Under the pieces are notes generated by a model, which was not told the origin of the DNA, searched no databases, and saw only the letters and a program-made list of their open reading frames with translations. A stretch of 64,000 bases of DNA from a virus (Duplodnaviria > Caudoviricetes): IMG/VR virus record IMGVR_UViG_3300030330_003013, positions 2,669 through 66,668 of that record. One strand, written 5' to 3'. Shown here one piece after another: positions 18,880 to 27,686 of this stretch (position 1 is the stretch's first letter; each line of letters begins with the position of its first letter). The position numbers and the translations under genes are program-made.

Positions 18880-19216
18880 GTCTTTCCACCTCCCTCAACA
18901 TAAGTGTGGGTAATTTGTTTCGTGGTCGTAATGGGTGCGTGAAGCCCATCCATCTTTTTGCAACTTCGGTTAAGTCTCGATTCATAACTACACCATCCGT
19001 ATAGGTGTGTATGGGCGAAGCCCTCATCTTCTGTATGAAATCGCTTTTGCTTAGTTGCGTAGCCTTATCTCTCGTGCGCCCGCCTTCCGGCTTCCTCGTT
19101 AAGAGTAGTTGGTGCAAATCGGCAACGCCCATAGCACCCTCGTTCTCTTCTATTATTTTATAGGCCGCATCCATAAGATACGCCCCCGTTTGGTTTCTAT
19201 CGCCTCGTGTTCCCAT
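18854..19216 (-). CDS. Hypothetical protein (wHTH-like N-terminus)
   Basis: ORF preceded by the conserved promoter motif at 19238-19248. Confidence 0.6.
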   Translation of the reverse strand: MGTRGDRNQTGAYLMDAAYKIIEENEGAMGVADLHQLLLTRKPEGGRTRDKATQLSKSDFIQKMRASPIHTYTDGVVMNRDLTEVAKRWMGFTHPLRPRNKLPTLMLREVERLERAGNKE

Positions 19217-19237
19217 ACCACTAAGGCCCTTCTTTAT

Positions 19238-19248
19238 CCCTATAAACC
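19238..19248 (-). promoter_or_regulatory. Conserved TATA-type promoter GGTTTATAGGG
   Basis: Identical 11-mer at 12331, 13811 and 19238; about 22 nt upstream of ATG 19216. Confidence 0.7.
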
Positions 19249-19393
19249 TGCATTACTTCCGGCTCAAATCTATTCTTTCTGAAAGAATACAAAGGCGCAG
19301 TAATCTCTTTGGTTAATTCTTTTTATTCACTATGGGATATTTTTCTTAATCCGTTTCCTGTAAATGCCCCATAGGGAATAGAATTATTGCAAC

Positions 19394-19425
19394 AAACCGC
19401 TTTACTGCGAGCCTGTATTTTTTCC
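19394..19425 (+). repeat. Dispersed copy of the 24-bp motif
   Basis: 19404-19425 matches the reverse complement of 39021-39042 at 21/22 positions; 19394-19417 matches 39132-39155 at 22/24. Confidence 0.8.
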
Positions 19426-20112
19426 TACGAGGGGCTGAATCAATTGAATATATTGTAAATATTCCAACTCATCCACTTCCTCTTCAAACATATTTAGTTT
19501 GAATTGGTGGTCTCCGACCGCCTCACACGGCATATCATAGTGTTCTTCGATAAACTCCGCAACGCTTCCTTCCTTTCTTGCAATAACGCCTTTTCGTGGC
19601 CTTACTCCGCCTTCGCCCAAAATCAATATCAGCGATTCTTTGGGGCTCTTGAGAATTGCAAAAACCACATTTTCTCCATCAACAAACTTTAGAGAACAGT
19701 CCATATCCCCCTTCTTTGTAGGCAACAAAAGGATTCTTCTTCGGTTGGCCTTTGCAAAACCGCTTTCTTCAACATCAAAACAAACATATTCCACCTTGCT
19801 TTCCTCTATGATGAATTGCAACTCCTCTATGACTGTGAATTGTTGCACATCAAAGGCATAGCCTTTCATCAATGCGTTCAATTCTGTTCTTCTCAAGCCT
19901 TGATGCAAGCAATCGAGGAAATCCCAAACCGCATTGTAGCCTTGCAAAACTATTTCGTATCCGCCGACTTGCAAAACAATTTGTGGGCTAAAACGCCTCC
20001 TTTTTCTCTCTCCTCTTTGCACTAAACGCCACGCTTGAAAATCTTTGACGATGATGTGTCTTTCCGGTTTTGCAAATAGATGCTTACCGCCTATAAGCAC
20101 CGGATGCCTCAT
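19402..20112 (-). CDS. Hypothetical protein
   Basis: 236-aa ORF with no recognised motif; its stop codon overlaps a copy of the 24-bp motif. Confidence 0.6.
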   Translation of the reverse strand: MRHPVLIGGKHLFAKPERHIIVKDFQAWRLVQRGERKRRRFSPQIVLQVGGYEIVLQGYNAVWDFLDCLHQGLRRTELNALMKGYAFDVQQFTVIEELQFIIEESKVEYVCFDVEESGFAKANRRRILLLPTKKGDMDCSLKFVDGENVVFAILKSPKESLILILGEGGVRPRKGVIARKEGSVAEFIEEHYDMPCEAVGDHQFKLNMFEEEVDELEYLQYIQLIQPLVGKNTGSQ

Positions 20113-20236
20113 ACCCTATACACGCTTACGCCGACATATTAAGCGTTAGGTGCAGACGGCTTACGAGGAATGAAAAACAACACACAATATGTTAAGGAGG
20201 AGGATGACCCGCAAGCCTTCTGCAAACTGTGCTGGA

Positions 20237-20452
20237 TTATCTTTCCTTATCAATAGTTGCAAAACACTTCTTGCATCTCGGTCTTAGGTGCGTGTTCGCA
20301 TCATCCATGAAGTATTCGGGGAATACGGGAGGGTCTTCGTGGTGCGCTTGCACAGGGTATTTGTATCCACAAATTGCAACTGCGCTGAATCCCTCTCTTG
20401 CGTGTAAAACGGGTATCTCACCCTCATAACCCTTGCAAGTATGGGTCGGCAT
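20237..20452 (-). CDS. Small Cys/His zinc-binding protein
   Basis: LH...AICG...RCKKC. Confidence 0.55.
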   Translation of the reverse strand: MPTHTCKGYEGEIPVLHAREGFSAVAICGYKYPVQAHHEDPPVFPEYFMDDANTHLRPRCKKCFATIDKER

Positions 20453-20930
20453 AGAATGTAACTCCGTTGGGGTCTATCGGCGGCTTGATGCCTTCCGGTA
20501 TGTTTAGCAACTCATCTTCCGCATTCGTATATACTTTGCTATGATACTCGCTAAACTCGCTTTCAAGGTTACTCCCCAATAGGTATAGATAGATGAAATG
20601 GGCGGCACTTAGACCGTCTTGCTCATCTTCAATCGCCTTTAGTAGTTGCAACCTAATGTTGGGGGCGTGTTTCCAGCGGCGCATACAATTCAGAATGAAC
20701 CACAAACCTATTTGGTTGCAAAAGTGCTGGTGTGTAGGATTATTTGCAATATCCAATCGCTCATATTCGCCAACCATTCTCGGTGTTCTGAAATAATCTA
20801 ATATTACATACAAGTCATCGGTCTCTTCATCAAACACTAAATGCAACCATGTTTCCGCCGTTCCCCTGTGTGTTAGCATGATTCCGCCATCCTTTTTCTT
20901 TGTAAAATCAAACTTCTTCCATTCGTTCAT
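20424..20930 (-). CDS. Hypothetical early protein
   Basis: Tiles with its neighbours; RBS present. Confidence 0.6.
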   Translation of the reverse strand: MNEWKKFDFTKKKDGGIMLTHRGTAETWLHLVFDEETDDLYVILDYFRTPRMVGEYERLDIANNPTHQHFCNQIGLWFILNCMRRWKHAPNIRLQLLKAIEDEQDGLSAAHFIYLYLLGSNLESEFSEYHSKVYTNAEDELLNIPEGIKPPIDPNGVTFYADPYLQGL

Positions 20931-21127
20931 TCTTTCTCACCTTCGGGGAACATTATTTCTGCGAATATCTCAAAAGTGAGCCACGATATACCTAACTCCG
21001 CATCATGCTTACGGTATGCTTCGTGCAAGACCTCTTTTGCTTGCTCTCTCGTTAGGCGTGGTATATGCAAATGAACATCATCCACACACCAAATGATATG
21101 TATGTCTTCGCCGTCTTCGCTAATCAT
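20927..21127 (-). CDS. Small hypothetical phage protein
   Basis: IIWCVDDV...LTREQAKEVL...HDAELGISW; ATGA overlaps. Confidence 0.6.
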   Translation of the reverse strand: MISEDGEDIHIIWCVDDVHLHIPRLTREQAKEVLHEAYRKHDAELGISWLTFEIFAEIMFPEGEKE

Positions 21128-21231
21128 TGTTTATCCACCCAACCTTCGTAAATATCTCCGTCATCAAATGTTATGCTAATGAGCAAATCCTTTCCATCCC
21201 CGCCGAGTATTTCCACCTTGTAGTCGCTCAT
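21124..21231 (-). CDS. 35-aa acidic microprotein (not in ORF track)
   Basis: MSDYKVEILGGDGKDLLISITFDDGDIYEGWVDKQ; GGGTGA RBS; fills the gap exactly. Confidence 0.5.
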   Translation of the reverse strand: MSDYKVEILGGDGKDLLISITFDDGDIYEGWVDKQ

Positions 21232-21537
21232 TCAATCACCCTTTCCTGTCGGCGGCTTCTCATCGAATATGTCTCTATTTGCAAGACTCCAAATCGTAGC
21301 CCCATGTATGTTGTTGGGGTCTTTCCTTCCCTTGAACGACTTATGGCGTTGCAAGCGGGCGGATAAGTGCCTTGCGGATTGATTGAGGCGTTTGCCGTTG
21401 CGGTAACGGACATTGTTTAGCAACTCGTGTGTAGTGGCCTCGCTTATCATTCCGTCTAAGTATTCGGCGCACCGAATCAACTCCTTATGGCCTTTGTAGC
21501 GGAATATGCTATTACCTGTGCGTTGTCTCCTCGACAT
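21232..21537 (-). CDS. Basic wHTH-like protein
   Basis: EATTHELLNNV...SARHLSARLQRHKSF...TIWSL. Confidence 0.55.
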   Translation of the reverse strand: MSRRQRTGNSIFRYKGHKELIRCAEYLDGMISEATTHELLNNVRYRNGKRLNQSARHLSARLQRHKSFKGRKDPNNIHGATIWSLANRDIFDEKPPTGKGD

Positions 21538-21777
21538 TTACTCATCTCCTTCAAACACTTTACAAGCGTCAAGCCCCAGCATTTGCAATACATCTGATAG
21601 GGCGCATTCAACCGTGAATATCGTTCCGCTAATCATGTGTATATCACACCCGCCGTTGTTGAGAGCCGTAACTGCGCTCACATCGTCTGCTCGTATTAGG
21701 GTGTTGCCGCTATTAGTTGCAAACTCCCCATACACCATTCCTCTTTCTATCACTATTTGTCTTCTCATTTTATCCAT
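21538..21777 (-). CDS. Small beta-rich hypothetical protein
   Basis: NTLIRADDVSAV...CDIHMISGTIFTV is typical of small phage proteins. Confidence 0.55.
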   Translation of the reverse strand: MDKMRRQIVIERGMVYGEFATNSGNTLIRADDVSAVTALNNGGCDIHMISGTIFTVECALSDVLQMLGLDACKVFEGDE

Positions 21778-22259
21778 TCCTTATTGTTTTCTTTATCCCA
21801 ATCTGTTAATGCTTTATCGTTAGATAATTCTTGCAAATCGAGTTTCCATTCGCCCCGCATTGAGCGTATTCCGTGTAACATCATGGCGTGGTTGGCGTGT
21901 TGGAACGCCTCTTCCATACTCCAATTGTTAGTTTTTGCAAGTAGTTGTATTGCTCGGCCACCTCTTCCTGTTGCTAATGCCCTGCCTAAGTGCATTACCT
22001 CGTGGTGGCGGGGGCAAAGTGCAATCAAGCCCCTGTATCGCTGAATCATTTGCAAATCATCATACTCCCACTTCTCATGTGCCTCGACTGCGTGGTTGCG
22101 GCCTTGCGAATGCCCCGTATCCCCGCATATCTCACATACATGACCTGCCTTCTCGTAGCAAGCCTTGCGTAGCCTATCCCATGTCGCAGGGCGTAGCAGG
22201 GTGCGTAGGTTGCTTCCCCAACTATTGCGGGGGATTAACTCAACACTAATCATCACCAC
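21765..22259 (-). CDS. HNH endonuclease-family protein
   Basis: CEICG...VEAHEKWEY...LIALCPRHHEVMH. Confidence 0.8.
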   Translation of the reverse strand: MVMISVELIPRNSWGSNLRTLLRPATWDRLRKACYEKAGHVCEICGDTGHSQGRNHAVEAHEKWEYDDLQMIQRYRGLIALCPRHHEVMHLGRALATGRGGRAIQLLAKTNNWSMEEAFQHANHAMMLHGIRSMRGEWKLDLQELSNDKALTDWDKENNKEWIK

Positions 22260-22966
22260 ACCACCTTTGTATCATCGTAGTCGTCATCGTTGTCTATGTC
22301 GCCCACCTCATCATCGTGGAGGAAAGGCTCGTGATTTGCAAGTATTTCATCAACTGCTTCATCAACTGTTTGTGCGCCCTCGCCCATCTTGAAGGGGATT
22401 CCCGTAGGCTCATCTGCTACTTCAAAATCAAGGCGTAGCAACAAATCAGCCATCCTTATGACTCTCTCATTACCAGCGGTTCTTATTGCATCCATATCCA
22501 TGCCTACAAAGCCTCGCCCATCTAAGACGAAGCCCTCTATACCGGACATAGCCATGCGTGAGACTGCTTGCCCTACTTCGTTACACATACCGTCTCTCGG
22601 ACTATGGCCTTTCGGATAAAAGTCGTCATCGCTCCACCCATAGGTGTTGTTGAAATTAGTTGTTCCTAAATCATCACATAGCATAGATACGCCCTTCCTA
22701 AGTTGTATGACCGCAAGGAAACAGGTAAGGCTCACATTGTTTTCATCGAAAACCGCAAATGCCTTTTCACATACCTTTTGGAAATCATCGAGATAGTCCG
22801 GCATGATAACCGCTTCTGCAAATTGGTTATACTCTATTTTGCCGCCTCGTATTTCTTGCAAACCTAACTCTTCGTCTATGGTTATTTGGCTTCCTATGCA
22901 CCATGCGACAAAACTCGCCGCATCTTCTATCGTCTTTACATCTTCGGGTTTTGGTCTATCATTCAT
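22253..22966 (-). CDS. Acidic hypothetical protein
   Basis: 237-aa ORF with a D/E-rich tail. Confidence 0.6.
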   Translation of the reverse strand: MNDRPKPEDVKTIEDAASFVAWCIGSQITIDEELGLQEIRGGKIEYNQFAEAVIMPDYLDDFQKVCEKAFAVFDENNVSLTCFLAVIQLRKGVSMLCDDLGTTNFNNTYGWSDDDFYPKGHSPRDGMCNEVGQAVSRMAMSGIEGFVLDGRGFVGMDMDAIRTAGNERVIRMADLLLRLDFEVADEPTGIPFKMGEGAQTVDEAVDEILANHEPFLHDDEVGDIDNDDDYDDTKVVW

Positions 22967-23118
22967 TGTATCATCCTCTTCTGTTCTCGCTTTATCCTAC
23001 TGCATCGGCCACAGTTTATTATTCTTCCCATTCGGCCTCTCGACTTCAACACACGGCGGCAGGTTGTGCATTTGTAGGTGTGTATCCCTGCTTGCTCATG
23101 CTTCTTCGTTAGAGCCAT
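22963..23118 (-). CDS. 51-aa basic zinc-finger microprotein (not in ORF track)
   Basis: MALTKKHEQAGIHTYKCTTCRRVLKSRGRMGRIINCGRCSRIKREQKRMIQ; GGGGAGG RBS; ATGA overlap downstream. Confidence 0.65.
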   Translation of the reverse strand: MALTKKHEQAGIHTYKCTTCRRVLKSRGRMGRIINCGRCSRIKREQKRMIQ

Positions 23119-23458
23119 TCTCCATTTCCTCCCCTCTCTTTACTTGCACCTTTTTAATTCCATGTATTATTTCTTCGTCTATCGAGAAATCATCACAACG
23201 GGATAGGATGAAGAATAGTGCTTCTGTTCTTTGGTCTATTTCCCCGCCCATGTTTATGATGTAATAGAAGGTGTCCGGAAGCCCCCACATTTTCATGCTT
23301 ATTTCTGCGGATACATTTCCACCTACGCCTATACGCATATTCGCCCTTCTAACCATCGAGTAACTTCCTTGCAAGAAATCGGTTAGTGATTCAATCTCTT
23401 CCTTTCTCGTGTTGTGTCTGTCGTCAATCTGTATCGTTGTTGTTCGGTTTTTTCTCAT
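23096..23458 (-). CDS. Hypothetical protein
   Basis: Likely start MRKNRT at 23458 (the track extends to 23500). Confidence 0.55.
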   Translation of the reverse strand: MRKNRTTTIQIDDRHNTRKEEIESLTDFLQGSYSMVRRANMRIGVGGNVSAEISMKMWGLPDTFYYIINMGGEIDQRTEALFFILSRCDDFSIDEEIIHGIKKVQVKRGEEMENGSNEEA

Positions 23459-23577
23459 AATAACACCCCCGCTACGGCACACAGGACTACGCCCACACAC
23501 CCCAGCACTATTTGCAAAAGAGCAATTACTCCTTCCATCGAATCTTCGTATATGTCGTTGAATGCGTCAAATATCAT
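23455..23577 (-). CDS. 40-aa membrane microprotein (not in ORF track)
   Basis: MIFDAFNDIYEDSMEGVIALLQIVLGCVGVVLCAVAGVLL; ATGA overlaps on both sides. Confidence 0.55.
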   Translation of the reverse strand: MIFDAFNDIYEDSMEGVIALLQIVLGCVGVVLCAVAGVLL

Positions 23578-23789
23578 AGTCTCAACCTCGCTGGTATTAC
23601 AACAGTCCAATTGCAAGTTTCGCAACAACTTCCTTCCGCTACGGGCTGGGCGTTCTCGCCCTTATCCCAATACATGACTCGCTCGCCATTAGCGTTTGTT
23701 CTATATTTCTTCTCAATTTCACCATCACAAATTACACACTTCATAATCAGTCCTCCTTTCTTTCTCGGCAACCATGCGAGACACACCAT
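23574..23789 (-). CDS. Small zinc-finger phage protein
   Basis: CVICDGEI...NAQPVAEGSCCETCN...VIPARL. Confidence 0.7.
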   Translation of the reverse strand: MVCLAWLPRKKGGLIMKCVICDGEIEKKYRTNANGERVMYWDKGENAQPVAEGSCCETCNWTVVIPARLRL

Positions 23790-23826
23790 CCTATTGAATA
23801 TTTACACTTAGGGCAGATAGCAACGG

Positions 23827-24477
23827 TCATTCGCTCACCCCTTGCAAGTATCCCTGCAACTTTACATCAAACCATTCGGGCATAGGTCGCCCCTTCTCCC
23901 ATGTTGCAAATGCCTTAGAATGATAGTAGCGGCGGTATGCTTTGACGGCCTCATCCCCGCTTGCGTGAGATTTGATGACTCCAACCCAATTCAACACAGG
24001 GTCTCTCATAAGTCCTCTCGGTTTATACTCATGGGGCATAGCCATAGCAAACGGAGTCATACCCGTTCTCTCTATGGGTATCCCTACGCCTTGATACACG
24101 CCTCCCGAATCATCAGCCATGTATGTCTCCGGAATTAGATGTGCAAGTCCATACAATATCTCGATGCCGTTAGCACAGTAATGTTCCTTCCCGAATCGCT
24201 TTGTGTATTCTTCGCATAGAGCCGCACCGTGATGTGCCGCCCATAGGTAATTATCCCTCGTTGTGCCGCACCAAATAGTGCAAGGGTGGAAGTGATAACC
24301 CCCTCGTATCGGCTGGCCTGTGGATTTGGCGACAGGCAATTGTTCGGGTTGTGCGCCATGCTTGATTGCCGCACTTCCTAATTGTTGCAACAATTCAACG
24401 CACATCTTAGGTATGTGCTTATCGCAATACATCTTAGCCGCCTTTATCGGGTCTTCGTCTAACACAAATATGTTCAT
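23827..24477 (-). CDS. Pyrimidine-dimer DNA glycosylase (T4 endonuclease V/DenV-like family)
   Basis: MNIFVLDEDP...CDKHIPKMCVELLQQL...HPCTIW...NYLW...EYTKRF...FAMAMP...AYRRYY. Confidence 0.85.
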   Translation of the reverse strand: MNIFVLDEDPIKAAKMYCDKHIPKMCVELLQQLGSAAIKHGAQPEQLPVAKSTGQPIRGGYHFHPCTIWCGTTRDNYLWAAHHGAALCEEYTKRFGKEHYCANGIEILYGLAHLIPETYMADDSGGVYQGVGIPIERTGMTPFAMAMPHEYKPRGLMRDPVLNWVGVIKSHASGDEAVKAYRRYYHSKAFATWEKGRPMPEWFDVKLQGYLQGVSE

Positions 24478-24614
24478 TCAATCACCTCTTCGTATTGTTT
24501 CACGAGCATTTGCAAGTCTTCTTCCAACCCCGCTCTTTCATCGTCAATATAAGCGAGTTTCAACTGTATTTGCTCTATCCGTAGCAATATTTCTCCTTTC
24601 GTTTCTCCTTCCAT
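24474..24614 (-). CDS. 46-aa coiled-coil microprotein (not in ORF track)
   Basis: MEGETKGEILLRIEQIQLKLAYIDDERAGLEEDLQMLVKQYEEVIE; GAGGTGA RBS. Confidence 0.6.
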   Translation of the reverse strand: MEGETKGEILLRIEQIQLKLAYIDDERAGLEEDLQMLVKQYEEVIE

Positions 24615-24623
24615 CAAATCACC

Positions 24624-24875
24624 TCATGTGTAATTGTAATCCTGTATCTGTATGTCTGTTCCTTCGTCTAAGTCTTCTTCGGTGGCTAACCTGCCCTCGC
24701 CTCGTGCATACTCGCACCCATCTTGATACGGACAGGTGAGCCACACCTGCCCTCGCTTTGGGTAGTGTGAATGAAAGTCGAGTCGGTAATTGCATTCGGG
24801 GCAAAGAATATCGGATTGACCCATACATTCGTCAAAACCTCGCCATGTTAATTCTCTTAGTGTGTAAAATCTCAT
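24624..24875 (-). CDS. Zinc-finger protein
   Basis: CPECN...CPYQDGC. Confidence 0.6.
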   Translation of the reverse strand: MRFYTLRELTWRGFDECMGQSDILCPECNYRLDFHSHYPKRGQVWLTCPYQDGCEYARGEGRLATEEDLDEGTDIQIQDYNYT

Positions 24876-25018
24876 TCAATCACCATCCTTCTTGCAACTC
24901 CGTCATAGATTTCCTGTCTCGCCGCATCCTCGCAACTATCACACCAATATAGGTATCCCCATACTGTCTCTTCGTTTTCTGCTATCTCTCCGCAATATTT
25001 GCAACATTCTTCGCTCAT
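24872..25018 (-). CDS. 48-aa zinc-finger microprotein (not in ORF track)
   Basis: MSEECCKYCGE...YWCDSCED...; ATGA overlaps on both sides. Confidence 0.65.
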   Translation of the reverse strand: MSEECCKYCGEIAENEETVWGYLYWCDSCEDAARQEIYDGVARRMVIE

Positions 25019-25218
25019 TCCTTCATCTCCTTCACAAACGCCTTCTCTCGTGCGGCGATAGTGCGTGGCCTACTCTCAAACCATTCTCTAACCTTCGCCT
25101 CGCTCCACTTCCCGCTCTTATCTGCGTATGTGGCCTTCCACCTGTTGTAACGCTTTCTGATGCGCTCTAAGGCGTGTTTGTCTCGTGCTGGTTGTCTGCT
25201 ATTCCAATTGTTTCCCAT
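25015..25218 (-). CDS. Small basic hypothetical protein
   Basis: Tiles in the early array with a GGAGGAGG RBS. Confidence 0.55.
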   Translation of the reverse strand: MGNNWNSRQPARDKHALERIRKRYNRWKATYADKSGKWSEAKVREWFESRPRTIAAREKAFVKEMKE

Positions 25219-25352
25219 TACTCTCCCTCCTCCACTAATACTAAATCATCCATGTCTATATCACAAAGCCATGAATGGTCGTAATCATCTTTCGTTGTGT
25301 ATAATTTACCATCAACAATATATGTTATGCTCCATAATGCTATGTCGCTCAT
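25218..25352 (-). CDS. 44-aa acidic microprotein (not in ORF track)
   Basis: MSDIALWSITYIVDGKLYTTKDDYDHSWLCDIDMDDLVLVEEGE; fills the gap. Confidence 0.55.
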   Translation of the reverse strand: MSDIALWSITYIVDGKLYTTKDDYDHSWLCDIDMDDLVLVEEGE

Positions 25353-25726
25353 TCAATCAACTCCATTATATCAAGTGCGATTTGTGGCGCATCGTATGCT
25401 CCCTTTCTTTCGATTTCTTCCATACAAAGGTCGGTGATTTCACCGATTCTATGTTGCAACTTTTCGACCTGTTCTAAGAGGTCGGGTGCGCTCATTATGA
25501 GTAATTGGTTTGCGAGGGCGGCATCTATATCCTCCACACCCCAGCGTATATCCGGCGTGTCGAAGTTGATTTTGCAACCCGTTAGACCCCTTGAGGCTTC
25601 TTCCTTCTCATTGTGCGACAGACCTACTGTGCCTGTTAGTCTCAGCGAAGACCATGCGTAGGTGTCGGCAGGGGTATGTCCGTTAAACTTGAGCGTGTTA
25701 ATCATCTTCATGCGCTCACCCTCCAT
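25349..25726 (-). CDS. Hypothetical phage protein
   Basis: GHTP...ANQLLIMSAPDLLE resembles the common phage 'HTPGPW...ANARLIAAAPDLL' family. Confidence 0.6.
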   Translation of the reverse strand: MEGERMKMINTLKFNGHTPADTYAWSSLRLTGTVGLSHNEKEEASRGLTGCKINFDTPDIRWGVEDIDAALANQLLIMSAPDLLEQVEKLQHRIGEITDLCMEEIERKGAYDAPQIALDIMELIE

Positions 25727-26103
25727 GTCTCGGCATTATTTGCAAGTTTATGGTATGAATCACGATTTGCATTTGCTCTCGTAATCCATTCTTGCTTGCG
25801 AGGCACACAAATACCTGTGTCGCAAGCCTCCCATGCACTTGCCCCGCACGAGTTGCAAGCAACTACAAAGTCGAGGATTGGGAAGCCTCTCTCATTTGCA
25901 ATAAGCGAGAAATCGCCATCCGTAGGGAGAGGTGTTGGAGGGGAGGGTTTTGTAAAACTCATGCGTGGCGGCTTGCGTGTGCGGCGAGCATCACCTGCAT
26001 GAGCGGAGGTAAAGACATGACTTTGATGAAGTGCCTCCTCCCCTCCGTTGAGTTTGTTTTGCAATTGTTCTGTTAGTCGTTGTTTCATTTGTTCTGTATC
26101 CAT
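25708..26103 (-). CDS. Hypothetical protein with Cys cluster
   Basis: CNSCG...CDTGIC. Confidence 0.5.
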   Translation of the reverse strand: MDTEQMKQRLTEQLQNKLNGGEEALHQSHVFTSAHAGDARRTRKPPRMSFTKPSPPTPLPTDGDFSLIANERGFPILDFVVACNSCGASAWEACDTGICVPRKQEWITRANANRDSYHKLANNAETWRVSA

Positions 26104-26105
26104 GT

Positions 26106-26462
26106 TCAGTCCTCCTTCAATTTTAGGTCGCTGGCTAAGACATATACTCCGTCTTTCACCTTGCGGCGCACATCTTTAATCGAGCCCTCGTTCAAGAATT
26201 GCAAGAGATAGCGGTTTGTTGTTGTTGAGTAGTTATCCCAATACGGGTCGAATAGCACGACCTGCGTTCCCGCCTGTCCTCCCAGCCTCAAGCGAGCGGC
26301 CACGATTGCATTATACGATTGGAAGATTGTAACTCCTTGCTGGGTGGAGATTTCAAACTGATTCGGAACGGCATTCCCACTTGCGCTTATCATGTTCCTA
26401 ACCCTCGCCATGCCTGTGAATAAGGCATCAATAATTTCTTTTTGGTGTTCAATCATATTCAT
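26106..26462 (-). CDS. Conserved phage hypothetical protein
   Basis: NQFEI...IFQSYNAIVA...DPYWDNYSTTTNRYLLQFL. Confidence 0.65.
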   Translation of the reverse strand: MNMIEHQKEIIDALFTGMARVRNMISASGNAVPNQFEISTQQGVTIFQSYNAIVAARLRLGGQAGTQVVLFDPYWDNYSTTTNRYLLQFLNEGSIKDVRRKVKDGVYVLASDLKLKED

Positions 26463-26821
26463 TCCTCCTCCATTTGTTGCAACTCTTTTCTCACAAACGC
26501 CGTGATTTCACCCATAGCCCTTAGATGTGCGGGTGCATCGGTTTTAGGCACTTGCAAGACTGCATCACCTACAAGCATTTGTTGTATGCAAGAAGCAACG
26601 ACTGCTCTCACATTCGGAAGTAGCCCCATCATCAAGCCCTCTTCATTCACAATAATTTCACTATTCCTGTTTAACTCGTGGTGGGCGTATTCTATGAGCC
26701 CACCTACGGCAGTTTGCAACTGCTTAAGGGTAATATCGTCTGCATCCTTGCCCTCGTGCAAGATGCTAACATCTCGGTCAATATCTGCTGGTATCAGTAG
26801 CCATGTCGTGTCGGTCATCAA
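26459..26821 (-). CDS. DUF3846-like protein
   Basis: TLKQLQTAVGGLIE...IIVNEEGLMMGLLPNVRA...LVGDAVL. Confidence 0.75.
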   Translation of the reverse strand: MMTDTTWLLIPADIDRDVSILHEGKDADDITLKQLQTAVGGLIEYAHHELNRNSEIIVNEEGLMMGLLPNVRAVVASCIQQMLVGDAVLQVPKTDAPAHLRAMGEITAFVRKELQQMEEE

Positions 26822-27079
26822 CTACTCCTCCTCGCTGGTCGGTATATGAACATTGGCTTCAAAATCAACCTTCTCGCAGTATCCACGCCTAAGCCTATCC
26901 GCAAGCCTACGGGCGGCTCGTGTGCTGGTAGCCCTGTATGTGGCGGTTGCGCCTCCGTAGCGAGCGACCACACGGAGACCCTTGCGTCTAACGCTGGTGG
27001 GTATGTTGCTCACGGCTATACTCTCACCCCCATTCTCCCACGAAGTCTTCGTCAAAGTCTTCTTCGTCATCAGTTGCAA
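26822..27079 (-). CDS. Small basic hypothetical protein
   Basis: Tiles in the early array; ends EEE*. Confidence 0.5.
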   Translation of the reverse strand: MQLMTKKTLTKTSWENGGESIAVSNIPTSVRRKGLRVVARYGGATATYRATSTRAARRLADRLRRGYCEKVDFEANVHIPTSEEE

Positions 27080-27683
27080 CTTCTCCCTTTAGCATATTCT
27101 GCAAGTCGCTTTCACCCATGTTCAAGGCCTCTTCTGTCCTCGCCACGCTCTCGTGTAGGGTTTGTCGTATGTGTGGGTTGAGCATAATGTCGTCTCGTAA
27201 TGTCTCGGCATTCTCGGTCGCAGTATCATAGGCGGCTTCCGCACAATACTTTGCAAGTGCGCTAAGATTCTTCTTCATCACTTCTTCGGGATTTCCTTCA
27301 TCCTCGCCGTTGTAAAGTTGCAAATCAACCCATGCACTATATCGGAAGAACAAATCTCCATCAACGGCCATGTGTTGTTCAAGTCTTTTTGCAACTGTGT
27401 CTCGCATGGTTTTAACCATATCTTCGCCTGTTTGGTTCGGTAATGGGTTGTTCATAGCGATAAATGCACCTACGCAAGCCTTAGCCCAGCAATCTTGCAA
27501 GAATACTAAGCCAGCGGGCATACTGATTCTCATATCTTCGGGGTCGAATTGAACACCCGTAGGTATGCTGAACCTGTCGGCCAATATACCTTCACGCATC
27601 CATGTCGTGAAGGCATCGGCCAACGGGGGTTGTGCGCTCGTCTGTATTTTCATCATAACTTCTTTGTCTTCTGTTTCTTTCAT
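27024..27683 (-). CDS. Hypothetical protein
   Basis: 219-aa ORF with an acidic tail. Confidence 0.6.
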   Translation of the reverse strand: MKETEDKEVMMKIQTSAQPPLADAFTTWMREGILADRFSIPTGVQFDPEDMRISMPAGLVFLQDCWAKACVGAFIAMNNPLPNQTGEDMVKTMRDTVAKRLEQHMAVDGDLFFRYSAWVDLQLYNGEDEGNPEEVMKKNLSALAKYCAEAAYDTATENAETLRDDIMLNPHIRQTLHESVARTEEALNMGESDLQNMLKGEVATDDEEDFDEDFVGEWG

Positions 27684-27686
27684 TTT

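Noticed and set aside
20170-20256. 28-aa + strand ORF (MKNNTQ...FCKLCW) near a GGAGGAGG run
   Set aside because: Antisense to the whole region, very short, and with no promoter support.
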